From IMG/VR virus record IMGVR_UViG_2848843299_000006: 64,000 bases of DNA. One strand, 5' to 3'. Position 1 is the first letter of the stretch. Each line of letters begins with the position of its first letter. Position numbers and translations under genes: made by a program. Positions 1-9,105 of this stretch are shown here, piece after piece. The notes beneath the pieces were generated by a model that was not told where the DNA came from, did no database searches, and saw only the letters and a program-made list of their open reading frames with translations. The stretch comes from an uncultured virus (IMG/VR IMGVR_UViG_2848843299_000006). Lineage: Duplodnaviria > Heunggongvirae > Uroviricota > Caudoviricetes.

Positions 1-42
1 TTAACATCCAAAATAAAAACAAACAGATATACACCACCTCGG

Positions 43-418
43 GGACAGGTTGGCTTTCAAGAACGCTTCAAATAATGCCTCAACATCCGCCTCCGGATTA
101 CCGGTGGACGGAATAGCCGTTACCCCGTTGGTAACGGATGCCGGGGATACCTGTGCCACTTCGGCTTTAGCCGGATCGATAAAGTCAATATCAATCCGTT
201 CAATAATGGCCGAAGCCAGCGCATTACGGACCAGTGTATCGGCTGCCGGGTTACTGAATCTGACCAGCTCATCCGTCAGTACAGCAATGTTGGCAACTTT
301 GGCAACCCCCAGCTGAACAGACTGAAAATCGAATTTGGTCAGCGGTTTTGGTACGCCCTGCCCCACCCAGTAACCCTGACCGCCGCTGATTTGCCCCAGA
401 ATACGGACATTAAACGGA
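43..418 (-). pseudogene. HK97-family major capsid protein, internal fragment
   Basis: PFNVRI..GGQGYWVGQGVPKPLTKFDF..KVANIAVLTDELVRFSNPAADTLVRNALASAI; no proper start, and capsid-like sequence stops near 43. Confidence 0.8.
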
Positions 419-463
419 TTTGAGCACAGCAATGCGGGGTTTCAGTATCTTTAAACGCTTCAC
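419..463 (-). pseudogene. N-terminal stub of phage HNH endonuclease fused by deletion to the capsid fragment
   Basis: GTG at 463 reads MKRLKILKPRIAVLK, resembling N-termini of packaging-associated HNH proteins, then switches into capsid sequence. Confidence 0.5.
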
Positions 464-711
464 AGTGCAGAACCCGGTCTGGTGATGCTGATTAGTGCAT
501 CCTGTAATTTAATATCATTAACGTAGCGGGCAACTGTATGACCGGCGCTGTTGATAATTTCTGCTTTGTCACCGGGCTGTAATGTCAGGCTGTCACCACA
601 GTTGTTGTGGTCTGTGTAATCCAGCTTATATGCATACGGTGTCCACTGAATGCCGTAACCGGATTCAATAACTTCTTTACCTGATGCGGTCGTTACTTTG
701 ATTGTGAACAT
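460..711 (-). CDS. Hypothetical phage protein (83 aa)
   Basis: ORF with GGAG RBS in late-operon orientation. Confidence 0.6.
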   Translation of the reverse strand: MFTIKVTTASGKEVIESGYGIQWTPYAYKLDYTDHNNCGDSLTLQPGDKAEIINSAGHTVARYVNDIKLQDALISITRPGSAL

Positions 712-767
712 AGCTGCTTCTCCGGTCAGAAAGTCGGCTCATATGAACGGACTTTGTGTTTGGTTTG

Positions 768-932
768 AGCCGTCTCTCCGGCTGTCACGCCCGTTGCTCC
801 GGCAGATGACGACGTTGCTGCCTGCATTGGTAATCACACCATGGATTCGTTGTTTTTGATTCTCCCTGTACACTCACCGGGAAAGGTTTACGGGTCCCTG
901 TTAATACAGGAAGACTGCGACAACGCGGCGCA
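768..932 (-). ncRNA. Candidate structured RNA with kink-turn (copy A)
   Basis: Nested stems CGTTGT/ACAACG and TCTTCCTGTA/TACAGGGAGA enclosing AC-AGG-GACC...GTGA-GT; homologous core at 43361-43405. Confidence 0.55.
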
Positions 933-1031
933 TAAAAGCCCACTCAGTGAGCATGCTTTGTGATGGGTTACAGTGGCAGAGCCTCATTATTAAAAACAAA
1001 TTAATTTATTAAAAATCAAAAAGATAAAGCA

Positions 1032-1125
1032 TTGACGCTGTTTTTTATTTTTCATTAAAATGCACATGCTGTGTTGAAAAAAGAAAATCGTTTTGATTTC
1101 GCCCGGATTCCCCCGGGCTTTTTTT
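1032..1125 (+). ncRNA. Candidate ~58 nt sRNA unit (promoter to terminator)
   Basis: TTGACG-18-TAAAAT (1032-1061), no ORF, GCCCGG/CCGGGC hairpin plus T7 (1101-1125). Confidence 0.4.
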
Positions 1126-1249
1126 ACCAGGTAGACCCCGCTATTTAGCAAAGTGTTATTTATCTTTTGTTTAGTTCTGAGGACGTAATTTTATCCAAGA
1201 GCGTTTACCCGCGTGAAACACTTAAGCCCGTTCCTCCATCGGTTCAGGG

Positions 1250-1504
1250 CTATTTTTTTATCCTCTCCGCTTCTATCTCCCGTATTGACCACTTATCGTG
1301 ATTACAGTTAGCAATATATTTCATGGCATCAGCCAGCAGCTCAACTGCACCACCAAACGTCAGATCATCCGGTATCTCTACCTGCTCACAATCGGCGGTC
1401 AGTTGCGGCGGAAGCGGCACCACTGGCGCGGGTATTAATTCCGGTCGCGTATCTGCGCAACTCACTGACAGCATCAGCGGGAACAGGAGCAACAGCGCAT
1501 TCAC
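1250..1504 (-). CDS. Rz1: o-spanin (Rz1-like lipoprotein)
   Basis: Overlaps Rz in another frame; LLLLFPLMLSVSC lipobox, Pro-rich segment; GTG start inferred. Confidence 0.8.
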   Translation of the reverse strand: MNALLLLFPLMLSVSCADTRPELIPAPVVPLPPQLTADCEQVEIPDDLTFGGAVELLADAMKYIANCNHDKWSIREIEAERIKK

Positions 1505-1769
1505 TGTCTTTGAAAACAGTTTTGATAACAGTTTTAACGTTGACATGCTCTATGTCCTCAACCTGTTTGGCTTTGATATTGTCGAGTGCTGCGCTGTGCC
1601 TGATGGCAACAGCTGAAAGTGTGGTGGTGTTTATCACCTGCTGTGCTGATAACTGGCCTGATAACGTTGTGTTGTTCACCTTCAGCTGCTGGTTATCCCG
1701 GTAGGTGTCATATACCCACCAAGCAGCAGTAATAAACAGCGCAGCAATTACCGCTTCTTTCCAGTTCAT
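1386..1769 (-). CDS. Rz: i-spanin (Rz-like)
   Basis: N-terminal TM helix plus coiled coil, downstream of endolysin. Confidence 0.8.
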   Translation of the reverse strand: MNWKEAVIAALFITAAWWVYDTYRDNQQLKVNNTTLSGQLSAQQVINTTTLSAVAIRHSAALDNIKAKQVEDIEHVNVKTVIKTVFKDSECAVAPVPADAVSELRRYATGINTRASGAASAATDRRL

Positions 1770-1924
1770 GGCGCTTCACACTCATAATGGATCACACCGT
1801 CCAGCGGGTTACCCGGCAGCGGACTACAGTGATTCGGTAGTGAATACAGATAACAACCCGCCAACAGAGCGGTAGTCAGCAGAATGATAGCAATGATGAT
1901 CAGCGTTAAAGGGTTCCGTGGCAT
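1766..1924 (-). CDS. Small putative lipoprotein (52 aa) between endolysin and Rz
   Basis: [24 protein letters not shown] lipobox; intact same-length homolog at 45521-45679. Confidence 0.65.
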   Translation of the reverse strand: MPRNPLTLIIIAIILLTTALLAGCYLYSLPNHCSPLPGNPLDGVIHYECEAP

Positions 1925-2382
1925 ACCGCTTTCTCCGTCTCGCGCCGATTGATCAGCCCCTGCCACTGTTTACCTCCGGCAAACGTCCAGCGCTTCATTT
2001 CGTCACAGGCACCCGCGATATCACCGGCATTGAGTTTGCGCAGCATAGTGGAGCGCGAGAACGCACCGGTTCCGGTGTTATATGCAAATGAATAGATGGC
2101 CGCCCGGGTATTGTCATCAATCGGCACTTTAATCATCGGGTCAACCGCGCGCCGGATTTTCGTCAGGTCGTCATGCAGCAGCGCCTTACATTCAGCGTCC
2201 GTGTACAGCTTGCCGGGCTGAATATCACTACCGGTATGGCCGTAACATACGGTGAGCACCCCGACCACATCACGGTAAGGTTTGTACTCAACACCCTCAT
2301 ACGCGGGGATCAGCACCAGCGCACCGGCAATCGCCCCGGCGGCACAAGCGGCCATGACTTTTTTAAATAATCGGTTATTCAT
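1906..2382 (-). CDS. SAR-type endolysin (GH24 lysozyme)
   Basis: Ala/Gly-rich N-terminal SAR helix; EG..PYRD..GV.TVCYGHT catalytic motif. Confidence 0.92.
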   Translation of the reverse strand: MNNRLFKKVMAACAAGAIAGALVLIPAYEGVEYKPYRDVVGVLTVCYGHTGSDIQPGKLYTDAECKALLHDDLTKIRRAVDPMIKVPIDDNTRAAIYSFAYNTGTGAFSRSTMLRKLNAGDIAGACDEMKRWTFAGGKQWQGLINRRETEKAVCHGTL

Positions 2383-2566
2383 GATGTTCTCCGGCTTTCA
2401 GTTGGAATTCTTTCCGTTTGTAATACCAGTTCACCAGGAACGTCCCGACAGTACAGATGATCCCGGCGACAATAGCCCACTGGTCCAGAGATAAAACGCC
2501 AAAAGCAGAGGTTATAAGTCCCCAGGCGTATGCTGTAGGGCTGGAATATTTGTCAGGCATGCGCAT
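2375..2566 (-). CDS. Class II holin with M-R-M dual start
   Basis: 63 aa, two hydrophobic helices, basic C-terminus NWYYKRKE, directly upstream of endolysin. Confidence 0.88.
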   Translation of the reverse strand: MRMPDKYSSPTAYAWGLITSAFGVLSLDQWAIVAGIICTVGTFLVNWYYKRKEFQLKAGEHHE

Positions 2567-2872
2567 ATCCACCCCCTGCGGAGTGTTCCGTATGTTGAGT
2601 GATAGGGGTAATGCCGCAACCGGGTTATATGTTTTAAACAGGTTAAAATGAGGTGGCTGCGGCATTGTTCTGGTAATCCCACCAGCGGCGGGAAAGCAAT
2701 AAAAAGAGCACTGTGGCCGAATACGGATTAGGTAATGAGCCTGTCGTATTCCAATGCTATTATTGTTGCGGACAATAAAAAAGGCCGCACATGGCGACCT
2801 TAAGGTTAATTTTGTGAATGTATATATAATTCAACTGCTCGTATCGTTAATGACATTAATCAAGGATTATAT

Positions 2873-3148
2873 ATGCTTAAATCTCTTCTGACTTTCGACC
2901 AGATGATAACCCCTAAACTTATTACTGTACTTTACTGGCTTGGCCTGATTGGTGTTCTGTTTTCCGGTATTGCAACTATTTTTGTCAGTAATGCTTACGG
3001 TGGCGGTTTTTTCAGCGGACTTATCAGCGGACTGGCTACTATCATCTTCGGCGGACTAGGTGTCCGTATTTCCTGCGAACTGATTATTCTGTCTTTCAAC
3101 ATTTACGGAAAACTCAAAGAGATCGCGGAAAACACAAAACCACAGTAA
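2873..3148 (+). CDS. DUF4282-like membrane protein (moron)
   Basis: FDQMITPKLITVLYW..RISCELII..F.I motif, two TM helices. Confidence 0.75.
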   Translation: MLKSLLTFDQMITPKLITVLYWLGLIGVLFSGIATIFVSNAYGGGFFSGLISGLATIIFGGLGVRISCELIILSFNIYGKLKEIAENTKPQ

Positions 3149-3156
3149 TTTTATGG

Positions 3157-3188
3157 TTGACACCCAAACAACAATGATTATCATTTAA
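3157..3188 (+). promoter_or_regulatory. Sigma70 promoter overlapped by Fur box
   Basis: TTGACA (3157-3162), TATCAT (3179-3184), and perfect AATGAT-T-ATCATT inverted repeat (3173-3185). Confidence 0.75.
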
Positions 3189-3190
3189 CT

Positions 3191-3276
3191 TAATACCGGT
3201 TTGTCAGGTATTGCTCACATTGACATTGCTCCTAGTATTTACTGCCGACACCACTGACCCGGTGTCGGTTTTTTTT
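3191..3276 (+). ncRNA. ryhB: RyhB-like Fur-regulated sRNA
   Basis: Contains ATTGCTCACATTG and ACATTGCTCCTAGTATT (RyhB core is CATTGCTCACATTGCTTCCAGTATT), 5' hairpin AATACC/GGTATT, terminator GCCGACACC/GGTGTCGGT plus T-run, Fur-boxed promoter. Confidence 0.75.
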
Positions 3277-3289
3277 AATACAAAAACCA

Positions 3290-3568
3290 ATGCAAAAACT
3301 GACGCATATCATTAACTGTTACTGTGCACGCCATACATTACTGATGCTCGAAGGCCAGCATCAGTCAGCATGGGCATCAATCAGGAATATTCTTATCATT
3401 CATCAATGTGCTGCAGCAGAAATAATCCTTGCACGTAAGGGCTGGAAAATTTCTGTCATATATAATGATCGATTCGGCTTTCCTGTATATGCCATCAGAA
3501 GCAAAAATGGAAGAAAGTTAAAGTGTTGCTATAATGACTATCAAAAAGAAATGACAAAAATCAGATAA
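3290..3568 (+). CDS. Hypothetical protein
   Basis: 92 aa ORF in AT-rich moron region; no family recognised. Confidence 0.4.
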   Translation: MQKLTHIINCYCARHTLLMLEGQHQSAWASIRNILIIHQCAAAEIILARKGWKISVIYNDRFGFPVYAIRSKNGRKLKCCYNDYQKEMTKIR

Positions 3569-3655
3569 CAATTAAATAACAATCAGTCTAATCATAATTA
3601 TAAAATGTGTAAACTGTAGCCATTACTGCGCCACTGAACATACAATATCCATATA

Positions 3656-3922
3656 CTAATAAGTATTTTTTCCTCTGGTTTTCTTACGATATAACAATAC
3701 AACTGCAGGAATAGCAAATGCATTAAAAATCAAAAAATTAGTTAGTGGCAATACTCCACCATGAATAAGCACTGGAATAAAATTAAACATCACAATACTG
3801 ACTATCAACCACAGCCCCCTGACTGGCTTTAACATCTCTTGTGATTCATTTTTGTCAGCATCAGATATCCGGTCATTAACCTCTTTACTGGTCATATCAT
3901 CCTCAAAATCCGATAATACCAT
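3656..3922 (-). CDS. Hypothetical membrane protein
   Basis: Two C-terminal hydrophobic segments. Confidence 0.45.
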   Translation of the reverse strand: MVLSDFEDDMTSKEVNDRISDADKNESQEMLKPVRGLWLIVSIVMFNFIPVLIHGGVLPLTNFLIFNAFAIPAVVLLYRKKTRGKNTY

Positions 3923-4472
3923 ACTGATAATAATAACTGTTATCCATTAAGATAACCAGCATAAAAACGTATGCAGACAACCGGACGCCTTTATATCACC
4001 CTGAGTGATAATCAAAACAAGACATCTCACCATAGTTAATCTTTTTTAATTATATTACGTGTAAACACATACTATTACGCTATAATAAAAAGGTAATGAA
4101 ATTTCCATAAAATAATGTCGCTTATTCCTTATGCCGGTTATTCCCAAACCGGCTTTTTTTGCATCTGAAATAAGAAACTGATTCAGTTCAACCGAACTGA
4201 CCTGCGCTACCAGAGTCTCACAGCAAGTATCCAGTTATTCGGAATAACCAAACATACGGCCCTCGGAAACTTCGGAAAACCTAACATGAAAGCCATTCTT
4301 ACAAGTTGGAAAAATAAAAAAGCCTCACCGAAGTGAGGCTTACACCGTAGTTATACCTTTAATCCACAAAATACTATTAACAACGGTGCATTATATATTA
4401 TGTTAGGACTGTAATTTTCAGGCCTTGTAAAACCCGCCAATATTGGCGGGTTTGGAACAAAAAAATAAGAAA

Positions 4473-4931
4473 CTAAGCCTTTATATCTTTATTTTCAATA
4501 GCTATCAACTGTGGTTTTTCTTCTTCCGGAATTTCATACTCTATATCCAATGTCAGCAATCCGCAGGATAATTCTGCATTCCGAATTTTGACATTCTTAC
4601 CAAGGTTAAATTCTAATGAAAACTGGCTTTTTAATATCCCTTGGTGTACCCATTTCTCTGATTCATTAACTACTTCTGCAGGTTGTTTACCCTGAATACT
4701 AAGTTTGCCACCTTTCAATGATACCTCAAGATCATCTTCCCTGTATCCGGGAACACTAACCGTCAGTTGATAGTGCGCATCATTTAATTGCTTCAGGTTA
4801 TATGGATGTTCTGAGGTTATTGGCCTGTTGCCCGTAAGTTGACTGAATAAACGATCCATCTGGTCAAAGCGATTTGACAGCAAACTATCAGATAATGCCG
4901 GAAATAATGAAAAAGAACTAATGTTCTGCAT
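4473..4931 (-). CDS. Small heat-shock protein (Hsp20/IbpA family)
   Basis: PYNL..Y.LTVSVPGY.EDDLEV..L.I.G..HQGI..F..F.L..A.L..GLL.LD..YEIPEEEKP..I.I; AAGGAGG RBS. Confidence 0.92.
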   Translation of the reverse strand: MQNISSFSLFPALSDSLLSNRFDQMDRLFSQLTGNRPITSEHPYNLKQLNDAHYQLTVSVPGYREDDLEVSLKGGKLSIQGKQPAEVVNESEKWVHQGILKSQFSLEFNLGKNVKIRNAELSCGLLTLDIEYEIPEEEKPQLIAIENKDIKA

Positions 4932-5005
4932 AATTCCTCCTTCAGTATTTCAATTTATTCTTTTTAAATACACATCATGGTATAACTTACCCTGATGTGT
5001 TATTT

Positions 5006-5032
5006 ATATAGGGATGAGATCTTGACTTTCAA
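5006..5032 (-). promoter_or_regulatory. Sigma32-type promoter of hsp20
   Basis: TTGAAA-13-CCCTATAT on minus strand. Confidence 0.65.
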
Positions 5033-5237
5033 TGACTCATTTACATTTCTTTACAATAATCACTTCGTGACCAGCAACCAACCTCAGATTTTACAGCATA
5101 AAAATAGTTAAAAAGGCATTTGAATTTATAGGGTAATAGACAATCTACTAAAGCTGCCCCCTGTTACTCAATAATTTACCTCCGATAATCAATAATGTCC
5201 TATACTTCATAGTGAAAAGCAAACCGGAGAGAAAAGT

Positions 5238-5678
5238 ATGTATAAGAATATTCTGGTACCGATTGACACTTCTAATAAAGCACTGGTTAACCATGTCATC
5301 CCTCACATCGAATCTCTTTCAAAGTTTGATGACCCGCACATACATTTTTTAGTCGTTATACCAAGCTACAAAATGTTTATCGGCCTTTCATACGGCATAG
5401 AAAAAGAAATCATTACAGAAGATAATCAACGATTGAAGTTAGCAGAAGCTGACCTTAAAAATGAAGTTTCAAGATTTAATCTTCCGGAAGATCGGGTTCA
5501 TTATCATGCAATTCTTGACACTCCGATAGATGGGATTTTGACTACCGCAGAAAAAATACACGCTGATTTAATAATCATCAGCTCAAGATCACCAAATATT
5601 TCAACCAAATATCTACTTGGGTCTACTGCATCAGCTGTAGTCCGCTATGCAGAAACATCCGTCCTGGTTGTCCGCTAA
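5238..5678 (+). CDS. Universal stress protein (UspF/UspG-like)
   Basis: MYKNILVPID..ADLIIISSR..LLGSTASAVVRYAETSVLVVR. Confidence 0.92.
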   Translation: MYKNILVPIDTSNKALVNHVIPHIESLSKFDDPHIHFLVVIPSYKMFIGLSYGIEKEIITEDNQRLKLAEADLKNEVSRFNLPEDRVHYHAILDTPIDGILTTAEKIHADLIIISSRSPNISTKYLLGSTASAVVRYAETSVLVVR

Positions 5679-6014
5679 TACATATCGCCCGCCATAGCGG
5701 GCTTTTTCATATACAATTATGACACTCAATACTGTCCATATCATACCGAGGTATTTAGCTGTTCAGAATGACCGGACATGTAAACAGCCCAGAAGCTCAG
5801 AAGAGTTAAACCTGTAAGTTATCGATACACACCAAACTAAGATGTAAAAACACATATTATTCAATTAAATACATGATTTTTATTAGCCGTCATTAGTAGA
5901 TAGGCGACGAAAATAACTTTTAATATAATTTTTAACAATAAAACCGCATATTTACACATTTAGCCTGAGTGTAAAAATTGCCTGAACTTACAAAAATTAT
6001 TTGATTGAAAATAA

Positions 6015-6611
6015 TTAGTGCTGGTTTTTTTTATTCAGCTTCGCAAGGCTGTCACATGCCGATTGAAACCCACCAAAACATGCTTCATCATACAATGACC
6101 CGGCCTTTGGTTGGCTTTTTTCAACGCCTTCCCCAGAGAGATGCATCTCTGCCAACTTTGCCAGTGCAAATGCATATTTTTGATCGGCCGCTTTCTTATA
6201 CCACTCCGCTGCAACGCGGTAATTCTGTTCTATTCCCTTCCCGTAATAATACATTTTCGCAAGCTGGTATTGAGAAAATGCATTTCCCTGCTCACCTGAT
6301 TTATGAACCCACTCAATAGTCTGCCGGTAATCCTGTTGCACTCCCTCCCCCTGAAAATACATCTCCCCCAGAGAATATTGTGCGTACTCATTCCCCTGTA
6401 CCGCAGCTTTTGTATACCAGTCAGCCACCGTTTTATAATCTATGGGAGCACCATTACCGTAGTAGTAATAAGATCCGATTGTAACCTGGGCACCAGCGTC
6501 ACCACCATTTGCCGCCTCGCATAATGCCGAATCCTGAGTATCGAGCTCACAATTCGCTGAGTATGCAGTATCCGTGTGAATAAAAAAAAGGCACAACAAT
6601 ATTTTTTTCAT
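6015..6611 (-). CDS. Secreted Sel1-like repeat protein
   Basis: Signal peptide, repeated AQ..LG.MY..G.GV.QDY..A.EWY.KAA.QG. Confidence 0.88.
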   Translation of the reverse strand: MKKILLCLFFIHTDTAYSANCELDTQDSALCEAANGGDAGAQVTIGSYYYYGNGAPIDYKTVADWYTKAAVQGNEYAQYSLGEMYFQGEGVQQDYRQTIEWVHKSGEQGNAFSQYQLAKMYYYGKGIEQNYRVAAEWYKKAADQKYAFALAKLAEMHLSGEGVEKSQPKAGSLYDEACFGGFQSACDSLAKLNKKNQH

Positions 6612-6739
6612 AATAGTTCCCGTTTTGCAGTTAACGGAAATCATATCAAAAACAAAAATTGCAGACATAAATAACTGCGATTGTGAGGTTTCAGCTCATA
6701 AGTAATGGGTATAGGGCACCCAATGACATTCCTTGTAAC

Positions 6740-7548
6740 TTATTTGTACAGAGAATTCTCTCCCGGAGGTCTGGTCTTAAACCTTCTGTGTGCCCACAAG
6801 TATTGGTCCGGAGCATGCAGGATTTCTGCCTCAATAATCTGATTTAGTTTCTCAGCATCTGCCAGGTCATCTCCACGCGGAAACTCAGTGATTTCTTTAC
6901 CAATTATTAATTCATAAGGCCTCTTACCACTTTCATTATTTCTTATCATCGTTGCAGTAAGTATCGGCGACTTCGATAATTTGGCTATAGCTGCCACTCC
7001 TTTTGATGCAGAAGCATTAGCTACCGAAAAAAAAGGGGCGAAGATAGTACCTTTAGTTCCAAAGTCCTGATCCGGAGCAAACCAAATAGCCTGCCCGCGT
7101 TTTAGTTCCGATACCATAAACTTCAGATTCTTACGGTCGATCATCCCACTTCCGGAGCGGCTTCGGCATCTTGTTTGTATATACTCCATTGCTTTATTGT
7201 TGTGCGGTCGATACATAGCATTTACAGGAAAACATAGCCCCATAACTCTGCCCTCAAGTTCCAGCGACATGGAATGGATACCAATAATTAAAACACCATT
7301 ATTTTTGTCATATACATCATTAAAGTTATCACAACCCATTACTGTAAATATTTTATTAATTCTTTTGTCATTCCAGAACCAGGCAATACCGGTTTCAAAT
7401 AATGCAACCCCTAAAGATGACAGGTTACTTGCGACACAAGCCATGGATAAGGCATCTGAACCAAACAGAAAAGCAATAGGATACCAATCCAGGTTAAAAT
7501 GTACCTTGGGTGGAGAAGCCTGATAGAAAATTTATTCAGAGAATACAT
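6740..7548 (-). pseudogene. lpxP: lpxP-like lipid A acyltransferase, frameshifted
   Basis: Near-identical to 48638-49567 but 809 vs 930 bp: 121 bp deletion at about 7432. Confidence 0.9.
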
Positions 7549-7774
7549 TTTTTCCTGATAAGTAATAATTACTGCATAATAAAAAGGCCTGATAATATTA
7601 TCAGGCCTTGGAATTTAGTTTTTTTTATTGCCTGGACAACAGCATCACCGTTTTACAAAAAATACATTTTGCTCCATGCGGATTTGATGCGGAAACATCA
7701 AAGTGCGAAGTTCGGTATTGTGTTCCACTGCAACAGGGGCACTGAAAAAACAGTGCTATTATCATTGGTGTGCC

Positions 7775-7987
7775 TTAGAGACCCACCACATTTGATGCAG
7801 ACGGACCTTTTGCCCCGTCTTCAATATTGAAGGTAACATTCTGACCTTCAAATAATGTCTTGAAGCTGTCGCTCTGGATCGCAGAGAAGTGAACAAACAC
7901 ATCTTTGCTGCCGTCAGCCGGAGTGATGAAGCCAAAACCTTTCGATTCGTTAAACCATTTTACTGAACCAGTCATTGTATTAGACAT
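7775..7987 (-). CDS. Cold-shock protein, CspA family (70 aa)
   Basis: [12 protein letters not shown] (RNP1), [10 protein letters not shown] (RNP2). Confidence 0.95.
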   Translation of the reverse strand: MSNTMTGSVKWFNESKGFGFITPADGSKDVFVHFSAIQSDSFKTLFEGQNVTFNIEDGAKGPSASNVVGL

Positions 7988-8194
7988 AGAATTTCCTTTA
8001 ATTTTTTTGATTGCCATAAGGCATATGAGGTTTGTTTTTTATTTTTACTTATGGGAATTAATTAGAAGGAATTCGCAATGAAGTGGTATCGGGGATAACG
8101 CTAAATGGTGAACGACTTTAAACTGACTAGCATAAATAGGCCTGTACTTCCAAACCAGTGACGCTATTAAGCCACAGATGATCACAAATAGCAA
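7988..8194 (-). promoter_or_regulatory. cspA-type promoter and ~170 nt cold-shock 5' UTR
   Basis: TTGCTA-17-CTTAAT (8194-8166) followed by cold-box-like GGTTTGGAAGTACAG. Confidence 0.75.
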
Positions 8195-8284
8195 ACTTTA
8201 TTATTTTATCCCTCAGATGTTACGTATCACTACACGTAAATCACGACTGATTTAAACAAATTATCTTATCTGTTTATCAACATA

Positions 8285-8376
8285 AAAAAAAAACCGTAAA
8301 AACGGGGTTTCAGTTTGCAATCAATACGACACAGAAATAACTCTGATCACAATAGCGTCTTTTTTACGATCGTAAA
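8285..8376 (-). promoter_or_regulatory. Late promoter pR' and terminator tR'
   Basis: TTTACG..TATTGT overlapping the Q stop, then hairpin plus T-run. Confidence 0.55.
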
Positions 8377-8801
8377 GTATTAATTTTTAAATCATGTAAT
8401 TTGTTCATAAATGTCCGCATACCTCCATGATGTGATGTACCGTCCATTTCCAGTTTTACATCTCCCATTATGAGCATTCCTTCCACCAGCCCTTCTGCCT
8501 TCTGGAGTTTTTTCCCTATGTGAGTGTCTGAGCACCCGTATTTCTTGGCCAACTGAATAAACGTCTTACCGAAAACATAGTAATCAAAAAGCAGATCATG
8601 CATATCGCTGTTGCGGATGTTCAGTTTTGCCATAATGCCGGATATCACCAGTGCATCATTATCAGTACATTGCTGACGACTCTTAACTTTTTCAGGGATC
8701 AGCCCTTTAAACCCGGCAGCAATTGGTGACCAATATACTGATTCCTGATTATCAACAACCCAAGCCCCCCACCGTTCTAACACCTGGCGAATATCACGCA
8801 T
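8364..8801 (-). CDS. Q: Late antiterminator Q
   Basis: [44 protein letters not shown]. Confidence 0.92.
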   Translation of the reverse strand: MRDIRQVLERWGAWVVDNQESVYWSPIAAGFKGLIPEKVKSRQQCTDNDALVISGIMAKLNIRNSDMHDLLFDYYVFGKTFIQLAKKYGCSDTHIGKKLQKAEGLVEGMLIMGDVKLEMDGTSHHGGMRTFMNKLHDLKINTLRS

Positions 8802-8925
8802 ACATTACCTCGTTATTTTGCAGGCTATGAGGTTTAATATCTTCCGATAAAACAGAAATGACGCTTCCCGTATAGTTGCCCTGAAGAGTAGTGTTGCTCC
8901 AATGTTCCTCTCTCATTGTTCTCAC

Positions 8926-9105
8926 TCACTCCTGTATGCCTTTCATCTCGAACTCGGTCATAAGCACACCGATGTAGATTATGTACGCTTCGCACCAGGT
9001 ATCCCGGTGAAACGTCCTGACTGTGTACCGGTTTATTTTCAACTCAGTCGCCAGTGACGCCTGATTACCGTAGTGTTCAGGTATCGGTGTAATTTCAGGT
9101 CTCAC
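8926..9105 (-). CDS. ninH: NinH-like protein (possibly degenerate)
   Basis: GTG start; IPEHYGNQASLATELKINRYTVR..GVLM resembles lambda NinH; follows ninG. Confidence 0.55.
   Translation of the reverse strand: MRPEITPIPEHYGNQASLATELKINRYTVRTFHRDTWCEAYIIYIGVLMTEFEMKGIQE

Noticed and set aside
861..914. Twister or other self-cleaving ribozyme (UAA...GAG pattern)
   Set aside because: The twister L4 loop and pseudoknot pairings were not found in either copy; a kink-turn fits better.
4226..5826. Two degenerate similar stretches (GTTATTCGGAATAACC.. near 4230; GCTGTTCAGAATGACC.. near 5760)
   Set aside because: Too decayed to support a function; probably scars of moron insertion.
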